Notes under the pieces: model-generated
Database searches by the model: none
What the model saw: only the letters and a program-made list of their open reading frames with translations
What the model was told of the DNA's origin: nothing
Translations under genes and position numbers: made by a program
In this document: in pieces, positions 10,822 to 20,309 of the stretch
Layout of the letters: each line of letters starts with the position of its first letter
Numbering within the stretch: the first letter of the stretch is position 1
Assembly: GCA_965197475.1 (NCBI GenBank)
Contig: CBDANF010000002.1
Span: forward strand, 1,088,001-1,152,000
Origin: Candidatus Poribacteria bacterium
Lineage (GTDB): Bacteria; Poribacteria; WGA-4E; WGA-3G
DNA length: 64,000 nt
Reading direction: 5' to 3'

Positions 10822-10875
10822 CTGCGCAATCTATACGCTGTGTTTACAAGGACGAGTGTAAACCCGATAATCAAT

Positions 10876-11868
10876 CTATTTGTCAAGCCAGCTCATCATA
10901 CTCCGCAGATTTTTTCCAACTTCTTCAATTTGCAATTCTGCCTCTTGTCGGCGGAGCGCGCGCAGCACAGCCTGATTTGCTTGATTTTCAAGCACCCATT
11001 CTCGTGCAAAAATACCACCCTGCACGTCTTTTAAGATCTGACGCATCTTTTCCCGAACGCTATCGTCAATGAGTTGAGGACCACGCGTGAGGTCGCCATA
11101 TTCAGCGGTATTACTGACATCATTCCGCATCTTGCTCAATCCACCGGTATAGATTAGGTCAACAATCAGTTTCAATTCGTGTAGGCATTCAAAGTATGCC
11201 ATTTCAGGTTGATAACCCGCTTCAACGAGTGTATCAAAAGCGGCTTTAATGAGGGCAGCGGTGCCACCACATAGCACGGCTTGTTCACCAAAAAGGTCGG
11301 TTTCGGTTTCTTCACGAAATGTAGTTTCGATGACCCCAGCGCGTGTGCCGCCAATGCCTCTTGCATAAGCGAGTGCAATGTCGCGAGCGGCACCGGTTGT
11401 ATCTTGATGGATAGCGATGAGACACGGCACGCCACCGCCGCCTTCAAATACTTCGCGGACGAGGGAACCGGGACCCTTTGGCGCAATCATAGTGACATCA
11501 ATATCGTTGGCAGGCACAATCTGTCCGAAATGAACGCTGAACCCGTGCGATACCATCAGCATGTTTCCCGCCTGCATATTCGGTGCGATCTGCTCACGGT
11601 ATATGTCAGAATGTTTTTCATCAGGGATAAGAATCTGGACAATATCCGCCATCGCAGACGCTTCTTCAACTGTTTTGACGGTTATGCCTTCTGCTTCTGC
11701 GCGTGCTATTGAGCGACTGCCTTCGTATAAGCCAACAACAACGTCCGCGCCGCTGTCTTGAAGGTTGAGTACTTGTGCTCTACCTTGTGCACCATAACCG
11801 ATAATGGCGACGGTGCGTTCTTTCAGTAAATCAAAATTGGCATCGCTATCGTAATAAATTGTTGCCAT
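10876..11868 (-). CDS. ilvC: ketol-acid reductoisomerase
   Basis: [28 protein letters not shown]. Confidence 0.97.
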   Translation of the reverse strand: MATIYYDSDANFDLLKERTVAIIGYGAQGRAQVLNLQDSGADVVVGLYEGSRSIARAEAEGITVKTVEEASAMADIVQILIPDEKHSDIYREQIAPNMQAGNMLMVSHGFSVHFGQIVPANDIDVTMIAPKGPGSLVREVFEGGGGVPCLIAIHQDTTGAARDIALAYARGIGGTRAGVIETTFREETETDLFGEQAVLCGGTAALIKAAFDTLVEAGYQPEMAYFECLHELKLIVDLIYTGGLSKMRNDVSNTAEYGDLTRGPQLIDDSVREKMRQILKDVQGGIFAREWVLENQANQAVLRALRRQEAELQIEEVGKNLRSMMSWLDK

Positions 11869-11914
11869 AAAGTTGGTCCTCTCTATTGTATCTCTAATGT
11901 GCTTTCAACAAATA

Positions 11915-12412
11915 CTATTTTGTAGCACCTCGCATCATCGCTACTTTGCCAGTGCGCGCTAACTCAAGGATACCGTACGTGTTGAAAATATCAATCGCCG
12001 CTTTCAACTTACCTTCATCACCTGTGATTTCAAGGACAAGGGAGGCAGGCTTCATATCAATAACCCGTCCTCGGAATACCTCCGCGACTTGTAGAATTTC
12101 GGTGCGTTTTTGAGGATCGTCGGTAGCAACCTTGATGAGAACAAGTTCACGTTCAACATGCGTTCCGGTGGAAAGGTCTGTAACCTCAATAACGTCAATC
12201 AACCTATTCAGATGCTGATAGATCTGATCAATTATTTGCGCATCCCCATGTGTAACAAGAGTCATGTGTGAGATACTCTTATCGTGGGTTTCAGCGACGT
12301 TGAGACTGTCAATATTAAAACCGCGCCCGCTGAAAAGTCCTGCGACGCGTGCAAGGACACCAAAACGGTTTTCGACCAAAACTGAAAAAATGTGCCGTTC
12401 TTCTGTACTCAT
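11915..12412 (-). CDS. ilvN: acetolactate synthase small subunit
   Basis: VENRFGVLARVAGLFSGRGFNIDSL ACT domain, ELARTG. Confidence 0.96.
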   Translation of the reverse strand: MSTEERHIFSVLVENRFGVLARVAGLFSGRGFNIDSLNVAETHDKSISHMTLVTHGDAQIIDQIYQHLNRLIDVIEVTDLSTGTHVERELVLIKVATDDPQKRTEILQVAEVFRGRVIDMKPASLVLEITGDEGKLKAAIDIFNTYGILELARTGKVAMMRGATK

Positions 12413-12541
12413 ATTTTCGTGGTATAAACTTTTGTACCGATAGCCAAAAAGGCAAATCGGTTTTTTGAATGTGAGAGGGAAAACTATTACCCTTCAGGAA
12501 CAACAAAAGAGTTTGTTTTCATACCTCTCACAGAAAATAAT

Positions 12542-14218
12542 TTAGGACAGTCCGCGGATAACATCTCCAAGCCCTTTCCCCGCAGGCACCATCGGAAACA
12601 CGTTCTCCTCTTCATCAACAATGAAGTCAATGACGACAGGACCGTCGTTAATTCCTTTTGCTTTCAGTAATGCGGGTTCGACATCTTCAGGGTGTTCAAC
12701 CCGAAGGCCGGTTGCACCGAATGCTTGTGCAAGCAAGGCGAAATCGGGGTTGTCATGGTAATCCACAGCGGAATAGCGTTTATTGTAGAACAGCTCCTGC
12801 CATTGCCGCACCATCCCTAAATACATATTGTTGATGATGAATATCTTAAGTGGTAACTTCATGGTAATTGCAGGCACCAATTCCTGAATGGTCATAATAT
12901 AGGAGCCATCGCCGTTGATATTGACAACGGTTTTGTCCGGGCATCCGAGTTGTGCGCCGATTGCAGCTGGAAGGCTGAAACCCATCGTACCGAGACCGCC
13001 TGAGTTGAGCCACTGTCGAGGTTCGGTAAATTTGAAATACTGTGCTGCCCACATCTGATGTTGCCCGACATCCGCTACAACAATCGCATCACTATAATGT
13101 TCATAAATCTGCTCTATGACATATTGCGGCATTACCTTATTGCCTTTTTGCTCGTATTCAAACGGATATTTCTGTTTCCATTCCTGAATTTGATTACGCC
13201 ACGGGTCAATATCTGCCGTATCAACCAACTTGTTTAATTCGGTAAGGACGTTTTTTGCATCGCCAACAATTGGAACATCTACTGGTACATTTTTCCCGAT
13301 ACAGGACGCATCAATATCAATGTGTATTTTTTTTGCGTTCGGTGCGAATTTATCAAGTTCACCGGTAACCCTGTCATCAAATCTTGCACCAATAGCGACA
13401 ACAAGATCAGCATCAGTGAAAGCATAATTCGCGCAGCAAGAACCGTGCATTCCGGGCATCTCCATCGCCAACGGATGCGTTTCGGGAAACGTGCCAAGTC
13501 CCATCAATGTGACGGTAATAGGTATACGTGTTTTGAGGGTTAACTCTCTGAGTTCCTCGCTTGCATTGGCAAGTACAACCCCACCGCCAGCATAAAGCAT
13601 CGGACATTTTGCTTCCTTAATCAACGCTGCGGCTTTGGCAATTTGTGCCGGATCACCATGCACTTGCGGTTTATAACTGCGAATATCGACTGTTTCAGGA
13701 TATTTAAACAGAGTCTCGTTATTCTGAGCATCTTTAGCAATGTCAATAATTACGGGACCTGGTTTCCCTGTACTCGCAATGTGGAATGCTTCTGCAACAA
13801 CATCGGCTACCTCATCACAACTTTTAATAAGGTAACTGTGTTTACAAATCGGGCGGGTTACGCCGATAACATCACATTCTTGAAAGGCATCGCTTCCAAT
13901 CCAATGGGTAAACACCTGCCCGGTAATCGCTACCATCGGAATTGAATCCATATAGGCAGTTGCGATTCCAGTCACAAGGTTAGTTGCGCCAGGACCGGAG
14001 GTAGCGAGTACAACCCCGACCTTCCCCGTGGCGCGAGCATATCCATCAGCAGCGTGAGAGGCTCCCTGCTCATGCCGCATCGGAATCAAATTCACTTCTG
14101 TTTCGTCGTACAGGGCATTAAAAATCGGCATTGCCGCGCCACCGTTAACACCGAAGATATATTCGACACCTTCACGTTTGAGACTATTAACCAGGATTCT
14201 CGCTCCTGAAAGTTCCAT
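12542..14218 (-). CDS. ilvB: acetolactate synthase large subunit
   Basis: RHEQGA, TSGPGATN, GLGTMGF, GDGS. Confidence 0.96.
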   Translation of the reverse strand: MELSGARILVNSLKREGVEYIFGVNGGAAMPIFNALYDETEVNLIPMRHEQGASHAADGYARATGKVGVVLATSGPGATNLVTGIATAYMDSIPMVAITGQVFTHWIGSDAFQECDVIGVTRPICKHSYLIKSCDEVADVVAEAFHIASTGKPGPVIIDIAKDAQNNETLFKYPETVDIRSYKPQVHGDPAQIAKAAALIKEAKCPMLYAGGGVVLANASEELRELTLKTRIPITVTLMGLGTFPETHPLAMEMPGMHGSCCANYAFTDADLVVAIGARFDDRVTGELDKFAPNAKKIHIDIDASCIGKNVPVDVPIVGDAKNVLTELNKLVDTADIDPWRNQIQEWKQKYPFEYEQKGNKVMPQYVIEQIYEHYSDAIVVADVGQHQMWAAQYFKFTEPRQWLNSGGLGTMGFSLPAAIGAQLGCPDKTVVNINGDGSYIMTIQELVPAITMKLPLKIFIINNMYLGMVRQWQELFYNKRYSAVDYHDNPDFALLAQAFGATGLRVEHPEDVEPALLKAKGINDGPVVIDFIVDEEENVFPMVPAGKGLGDVIRGLS

Positions 14219-14277
14219 GCCAATTTCCTCACAAACGGTAGTAGGCACATTCCGTTGTGCCTAAACTTGTTGAAAGT

Positions 14278-14318
14278 AAAAAACCCTCTCGTTCCAACTT
14301 TGGAGACGAGAAGGATTT
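14278..14318 (-). terminator. intrinsic terminator of the T-box leader
   Basis: Minus strand ccttctcgtctcca-aagt-tggaacgagagggtttttt. Confidence 0.75.
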
Positions 14319-14606
14319 GCTTACTATAGCACGTTTCGGCTTGCAATCATGCCGAAACCGACCTTACCGTGGTACCACTCCAATTCTCTCCCTCGTTTTC
14401 AGGAAATAAGGTTTAAAAACTCCCCGAAACAAGGAAAAGCACTCTTTGGGATGCGCTAACGGACATCACACCGACTAACCCTACTATATGTTCAGATTAG
14501 CAGCTCCGGGGCGACCTTCAGTCGTAGGAACTTGAGGCGACCTCTCAGCCTATGAGTCACCTTCTCTTGCAAGCCCGGAGGACCTACTCCTCCCCTTCAA
14601 CGCTTT
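14278..14606 (-). promoter_or_regulatory. T-box riboswitch leader of ilvBNC; probable Val specifier (GUC)
   Basis: Minus strand: AGCGTTGAAGGGGAGGAGTAG stem I start, AGAGA and GCTGAGA loops, GAAG-GTC-G (14515-14513), CCGTTA, T-box AATTGGAGTGGTACCACGG (14385-14367), terminator. Confidence 0.88.
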
Positions 14607-14916
14607 TTTGTAATCTATTTAATTTTATTATACACGCCGTTTTTGTTAACTACACGGGTGTTTCTGAAATCCTTTATTTTACGCTTTAATTATAACACAT
14701 CTAAATGAAAATGTCAAGAAAAAGGAGTACTTGCTCAGAGCCATTCAATTCTCCGGTAGTTGCTACCTTCTGATCACGGTCTTTCCACTGTAGGAGCGAC
14801 CTCCCGGTCGCGATTTAACCATCAAAATGCACAAAAACCGAAACAGAAAACCAATTGACGTAATTATTTACTTGTGCTATGTTTTAAACAGATTTTCTGT
14901 GCATGCGGAGGCAGAT

Positions 14917-15948
14917 ATGAAAGCAGCCCAATTTTACGGTGGGAAAGATATCAGGGTTGAAACGGTACCCGACCCAACACCTGAAGCAGGACAAGTACTT
15001 GTGAAAGTAGAAGCTGCTGGCATCTGTGGCAGCGATCTGCACGGATATCACCGTCAGCCGGACAAACCTTTGTCACCGCGCATCGGTGGACATGAATTAG
15101 CAGGGCAAATCGTTGACATAGGAGAAGATGTTACCGAACATAAAGTAGGGGAGCGTGTCGCAATTGAACCGATTGTCCCGTGTAACACTTGTCCAGAATG
15201 TTTAAACGGGTACTACAATATTTGTTCTAACTTGCGGCACCGTGGCGGCGGGTTTGCAGAGTATACGGTTGCACCCACATCAAATGCTTATTCCATTCCC
15301 GATAGTGTTTCCGTTGAGGGCGGTGCGTTGGCAGAGGTATATGCAGTTGCGGTGCATGCTGTCAATAGAGCGATGGTATCCCCTGGGGACCACGTTGCAA
15401 TTATTGGAAGCGGTCCTGTTGGCTTAACGATTGCACAGGTAGCGGATATTGCAGGGGCAACGTCCATCGCAGTTTTAGGGAAACCGGATGTCCCTATACA
15501 GATTGCACACAAAGCCGTAGGTGCTGTGCCTATAAATGTGGATAAAACTGATACTGTGGCAGCTATTATGGATTGGAGCAACGGGCGCGGGGCTGATGTT
15601 GTTTTTGAAGCAGTCGGCGGCAAGGCAAATACATTGGAGCAGGCTACGCAGATCGCCGCAAAAAGAGGACGCGTCTGCATGGTAGGTGGGCATGGTGCAC
15701 CCCTCACCTTTTCAGAAAGGTTTGCTCGAAGTCGAGAACTTACCATCATCTGGTCATTCTGTTACGGCAGGCGCGGCGGTAAAACCGAGTTCCAAATCGC
15801 TATTGATCTGCTTGCTGCTGGCAAACTTGATCCAAGTCCATTGGTTACACACCGATTCAACTTAGACAAGATTACGCAAGCCTTTGCCGTTGCAGCGGGA
15901 CGTGATGAACACGGGTCTGTCAAAGTTCTTGTAATGCCTAATAATTAA
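14917..15948 (+). CDS. zinc-dependent alcohol/polyol dehydrogenase (MDR family)
   Basis: GICGSDLH, GHE, CxxCxxC..C, GSGPVG. Confidence 0.92.
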   Translation: MKAAQFYGGKDIRVETVPDPTPEAGQVLVKVEAAGICGSDLHGYHRQPDKPLSPRIGGHELAGQIVDIGEDVTEHKVGERVAIEPIVPCNTCPECLNGYYNICSNLRHRGGGFAEYTVAPTSNAYSIPDSVSVEGGALAEVYAVAVHAVNRAMVSPGDHVAIIGSGPVGLTIAQVADIAGATSIAVLGKPDVPIQIAHKAVGAVPINVDKTDTVAAIMDWSNGRGADVVFEAVGGKANTLEQATQIAAKRGRVCMVGGHGAPLTFSERFARSRELTIIWSFCYGRRGGKTEFQIAIDLLAAGKLDPSPLVTHRFNLDKITQAFAVAAGRDEHGSVKVLVMPNN

Positions 15949-15958
15949 CGGAGGTAAA

Positions 15959-16597
15959 ATGGAAAATCTTAAATCACTTATTTTTGTCGGAACAGAAGGT
16001 CGTTATCACGACCATGTAGGAAACGGACAGTACTTAACAACTATGCTTAATGATACCGATAACATAGAAGCCGATTTCTCACGAGACTACGATGTGCTGG
16101 TCTCCGATGGGCTTGACACATATCAAACTGTGCTTTTCTATACCGATGTTGGTAAATTTACAGCCGCACAGGAGGCAGGTTTGTTGAACTATATCCGATC
16201 AGGTGGGGGATTTTTTGGTCTGCACACCGCAGCTGCTTCCTTCAGGGAATCTGCGCCATATCACGACATGCTTAACGGATTTTTCAACGGACATAGCCCT
16301 TATATGGACTTCACTGTTAATGTGAACGACTCTGGACATCCAATCACAAAAGGGTTAACCGATTTTGAGGTGAAAGATGAACTCTACTATCTAAAACATA
16401 ACCCTGACACTTCACACCATCTAATGCAAGCGTATGACAACACGAAGGACGAAACACACGTCATGGCTTTCCACCATACGTACGGCGAGGGCAGAGTCTT
16501 CTATTTCGCGTTAGGACATGATATGGTTGTGCTTGAAAATCCAAGTTTTCAGGAAGTTATACGCAGGGGCGTTCTGTGGGTAGGAAATCAGATTTAA
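15959..16597 (+). CDS. ThuA-like domain protein
   Basis: GGGFFGLH, HPI..GL.DF...DELY, GEGRVFY.ALGH. Confidence 0.88.
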   Translation: MENLKSLIFVGTEGRYHDHVGNGQYLTTMLNDTDNIEADFSRDYDVLVSDGLDTYQTVLFYTDVGKFTAAQEAGLLNYIRSGGGFFGLHTAAASFRESAPYHDMLNGFFNGHSPYMDFTVNVNDSGHPITKGLTDFEVKDELYYLKHNPDTSHHLMQAYDNTKDETHVMAFHHTYGEGRVFYFALGHDMVVLENPSFQEVIRRGVLWVGNQI

Positions 16598-16638
16598 AAT
16601 GGAAAGGACAACACTATAAATAAAGACTATATTTTCAA

Positions 16639-17583
16639 CTAACTATAAGTGTACTTAGGTTGTTGGGTAAGGATTTCATCAGCCACAGCGATATCTCTAT
16701 GAATTTGTTGGACTAAAGCATGCATATTTGAGAATTTGCGTTCACTGCGAATTTTTTCAATAAAGAATATTTCAATAATTTCGCCATATATGGTCTCGTC
16801 AAAATTAAATAAATGGCTCTCTACCTGAAATTTTGTCCCATTAAAAGTCGGTCGGATTCCGATGTTCAACACACCATCTAACCAGCGTTTCGCTAATTTT
16901 GCACGAATCGCATATACACCGTTCGGTGGGCAAAGTTGTTCACCCGTTTCGATATTCGCGGTAGAAAAACCGAGTTGTCTACCGCGCCCGTCCCCGCGCA
17001 CGATAGTCCCGCTCAAAGAATAGGTTCTTCCTAATAGTTGCGATGCTAAACCGAGATCACCTCTCGCTATCGCTTGTCGGATACGTGTGCTATGCACTGG
17101 TAAACCATTTAACTCAGTCGGTGGAACAATCGTAACGCCAAATTCAGACTGGTGTCCCATAGCCTCTAAAAGCTGCGCATTCCCTTCCCGATCTTTTCCA
17201 AATTGGCACGCATAGCCAACAACCACGTGTTTGGCGCGACACAATTCAAGCAAAATACCATTCACAAAAGTATCCGGAGACATTGATGCGATCCGCTCGT
17301 TGAAGTTTACAAAAATTGCTATATCTATCCCGAGTTGTTCAAGGATTTCGACGCGTTTAGGCAAACACATTAAAACGGGCGGGCATTTTTCAGGAGCGAG
17401 AAACGCCAAAGGATGTGGATAAAACCCGACGAGAACACTCGCCAGTTTATCAGCATTGGCACGCGCACGAACTGTTTTGAGAACCTCTTGGTGACCAATA
17501 TGTAATCCGTCGAATACCCCAAACGTAGCTACTGAGTCCCGTGTCAATTCGGGGATGGACTCCAAATTATAATAGGTTTGCAA
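16639..17583 (-). CDS. ribF: bifunctional riboflavin kinase/FAD synthetase
   Basis: FDGLHIGH, GRGRQLGFSTAN, NIGIRPTF. Confidence 0.96.
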   Translation of the reverse strand: MQTYYNLESIPELTRDSVATFGVFDGLHIGHQEVLKTVRARANADKLASVLVGFYPHPLAFLAPEKCPPVLMCLPKRVEILEQLGIDIAIFVNFNERIASMSPDTFVNGILLELCRAKHVVVGYACQFGKDREGNAQLLEAMGHQSEFGVTIVPPTELNGLPVHSTRIRQAIARGDLGLASQLLGRTYSLSGTIVRGDGRGRQLGFSTANIETGEQLCPPNGVYAIRAKLAKRWLDGVLNIGIRPTFNGTKFQVESHLFNFDETIYGEIIEIFFIEKIRSERKFSNMHALVQQIHRDIAVADEILTQQPKYTYS

Positions 17584-17626
17584 AATTCTTCTCCACGAGT
17601 TGATGTCTATTGGTCATTCTATATAT

Positions 17627-18607
17627 TCAACGATTTTCTTGAATATGCCGTTTCGCACTTGTCACAAGCATCGTTATGGCAGAAGTATATGGAAGATTGA
17701 TACGACATCCTGAGGCACGTTCGTGTCCGCCACCTTTAAATTCAGCGACGAGTGCCGCAACATCAACACGACCTTTGCTGCGTAGGCTTACTTTAGTGTT
17801 GCCATCTGGTAGTTCGCAAATACAAATAGCTACCTCAACACTCTCAATTGCTTGAATCTGATTGACAAAACCTTCCACATCATCCAATGTTGTTTTGGTT
17901 TCATTCAACATTGACTGTGTAACCAAAATCCAAGCTATTTTACCATCAGAAGTAAGTTCTAATGTCCGCAGAGTTTGCCCCAACAGATGGATTTTCTCCA
18001 GTGACACATGCTCATAAACCTTGCGGTAAACCTCATCAGGCGCGAAGTCACCGATCCCAATCAAATCTGCCGCTATTCGATGTGTTTCCGGTGTCGCATT
18101 GCTATAACGAAAACAACCGGTATCAAACATTAATCCAGTATATAGACACAATGCAGATGCTGCATCAATCGGGATGTGTGTGGATTTAATAAACTTGTAA
18201 ATAATTTCGGCTGTTGACGAGGCAGTGGTCACAATAATGTTGTAATCTCCGAAAGCCTCCGCAGTAATATGATGGTCAATGTTTACAACAACGTGCGTCG
18301 GTATCAGGCAGTTGCAGAGGAAAGTTCCTATCCGTTCCCGCGAACTTGCGTCTAAAATCACTAATATCTCTGGACTATACTCAACAGATGCTTCCGCATT
18401 TTCAATAATATCCCAATTCGGAAGAAACTGGTACTTTTTCGGAACCGAATCTGTATTATAGATTTTTACGGTTTTCCCTAAATTCTTCAGAAATAGGTAT
18501 AACGCTAATTCGGAACCGATCGCATCACCATCCGGATTAACGTGTGTGGAAATTGCAAACGTCTGATATTGTTCAAATAGGGTAAGGAGCGCACGAAAAC
18601 TATCCAT
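17627..18607 (-). CDS. nrnA: DHH/DHHA1 phosphoesterase (nanoRNase/pAp phosphatase)
   Basis: HVNPDGDAIGS, IDHH, DTG.F, GGGH..ASG. Confidence 0.9.
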   Translation of the reverse strand: MDSFRALLTLFEQYQTFAISTHVNPDGDAIGSELALYLFLKNLGKTVKIYNTDSVPKKYQFLPNWDIIENAEASVEYSPEILVILDASSRERIGTFLCNCLIPTHVVVNIDHHITAEAFGDYNIIVTTASSTAEIIYKFIKSTHIPIDAASALCLYTGLMFDTGCFRYSNATPETHRIAADLIGIGDFAPDEVYRKVYEHVSLEKIHLLGQTLRTLELTSDGKIAWILVTQSMLNETKTTLDDVEGFVNQIQAIESVEVAICICELPDGNTKVSLRSKGRVDVAALVAEFKGGGHERASGCRINLPYTSAITMLVTSAKRHIQENR

Positions 18608-18611
18608 CTAA

Positions 18612-18989
18612 TTAAATGTCTTGTGCTGAACTTTCCGGCTCTTCTTCATCCTCAATTTGCTTGAGAAGTCCATCAATTTTCATGAGATGGTCCACCGAAT
18701 CATCTAAATTAAACCGGAGTTCCGGTGAATATTTGAGTGTCAAACGACGACTGATCTCGCGTCTGAGGAACCCAGCAGCACTTTTAAGTCCTGCAAGGGT
18801 TGCTTCCTTCTGTTCTAAACTGCCGATAACACTCACCTTCACATCAACATATTTGAGGTCAGAGGAAACTTCTACGTGGGTGACGGTACAAAAGGCGACA
18901 CGCGGGTCTTTCACAACACGTTGAATAACCTCGCTCAACTCTCTCTGAATAAGAGCACTCACCCTGTCCTGTCTTCTATTTTCTAACAT
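18612..18989 (-). CDS. rbfA: ribosome-binding factor A
   Basis: VKDPR, V.VSSDL, L.SAAGFLR, PELRF. Confidence 0.95.
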   Translation of the reverse strand: MLENRRQDRVSALIQRELSEVIQRVVKDPRVAFCTVTHVEVSSDLKYVDVKVSVIGSLEQKEATLAGLKSAAGFLRREISRRLTLKYSPELRFNLDDSVDHLMKIDGLLKQIEDEEEPESSAQDI

Positions 18990-19136
18990 GCTCGCTGACC
19001 TTTCTGGTTTCGGATGAATTACACACTATCATATAAATCCCTTGTAATTTTACACTTTATGCATCCCTTTGTACAAGTTCTCTATTTATTGCTCCTGTCT
19101 TTGCGTGCGATTTCGCACACCACGACACCTCTTTTA

Positions 19137-19421
19137 TTAGAAGAAAAAATCTGTTTCATAATCAACCAAAACGACTGACGTGTTTTCCTCAATGAATTTA
19201 ACGCTCTTCGCTAAAATTTGATTCAAAAATTTTACTTCATTCGCTACTGAAACTATTCCTAAAACAGCAGACTGATGCACATCTTGTGCTTCTATTTCGG
19301 CAATTGCGACATTAAATCGATTTTTGAGACGAGCAATTAGACTTTTGATTACCCTGCGTTTATCCTTGAGGGATTGACTCTCTGGCAGATATAACTTTAT
19401 TTTACAAACCCCGATGTGCAT
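19137..19421 (-). CDS. DUF503 (YlxP-like) protein
   Basis: SLKDKR.V.KS...RL..RFNVAIAE; typical position in the infB operon. Confidence 0.9.
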   Translation of the reverse strand: MHIGVCKIKLYLPESQSLKDKRRVIKSLIARLKNRFNVAIAEIEAQDVHQSAVLGIVSVANEVKFLNQILAKSVKFIEENTSVVLVDYETDFFF

Positions 19422-19470
19422 CTCTCTATTTGCCTATTTTCTGTAGTGGAACGCTCGCGCCAATTCTCAC

Positions 19471-20106
19471 TTATCCATCCAGATCACAACCGATGAAATT
19501 CCTAATTTGTGACAGCAGCGATGAGTTCTGCCTGTAATTTCAGAGGTTTTTGATGGGAATGCTCTTTCGTTTCTTTTCGTTCACGCCAAACGTCAGGAAT
19601 GTTGTGTATTTTCCAAACTCCTTTAGCCCTTTTCGGTTGCTTCTGTAGCACTACACAATACTCACACACTCGTCTGCTTCTATACCCCATTCCAAATCTT
19701 TCCTTATCCCAAACAATCAAATCCACTACATCTAACTGCGTAGCATCAAACCAGTTATTGAAATCTTGGCATAGATGAAACTTATCAATCCACAGAAATA
19801 GATGTCCAGATGGATAAGAACGTTATTAATACCTCTAATGAATTCTTTAATGATCTCTTCGGTCATTTGTATCAATGAGCATCTACGTTTCTCCCAGCTT
19901 TTTCCCTCATTGCCGTAATTCATTTTATCAAGCACACCTCTATACTGCGGATCAAGAAACGCTACAGGGATTGATTCATGTGGTAGATGAGATAAGAACT
20001 TCACACCATCCATCTTCAACCTTGAATTCGGTTTAAGAAAATCAGGCAAGTCAATGGAAGGAGATTTTACTTCCCGCTCAGTCGAAAAAACGTTGTTTGT
20101 AGGCAT
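19471..20106 (-). pseudogene. degenerate N4-C/N6-A DNA methyltransferase
   Basis: FLDPQY catalytic motif; frameshift near 19810; H.HQKP..L motif then a stop; out-of-frame RNFIGCDLDG* tail; SAM-binding motif I missing. Confidence 0.82.
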
Positions 20107-20309
20107 ATCAAGTGTTTCACGAATAAGCGTTATATTCTTATCGGTTTTACTCTTGATGGTTGAAAAAGTAATGAGGACTACATTGCCGATCACTTAATAT
20201 AGTAGGGATTCCATCAGTATGTCAACTTTGAATTATCAATCTTAACAACGTTTGAAATAAACTTAAGGATACGAATATAAGGTAGATTTCAGCAAGGTGT
20301 GAACCTATT

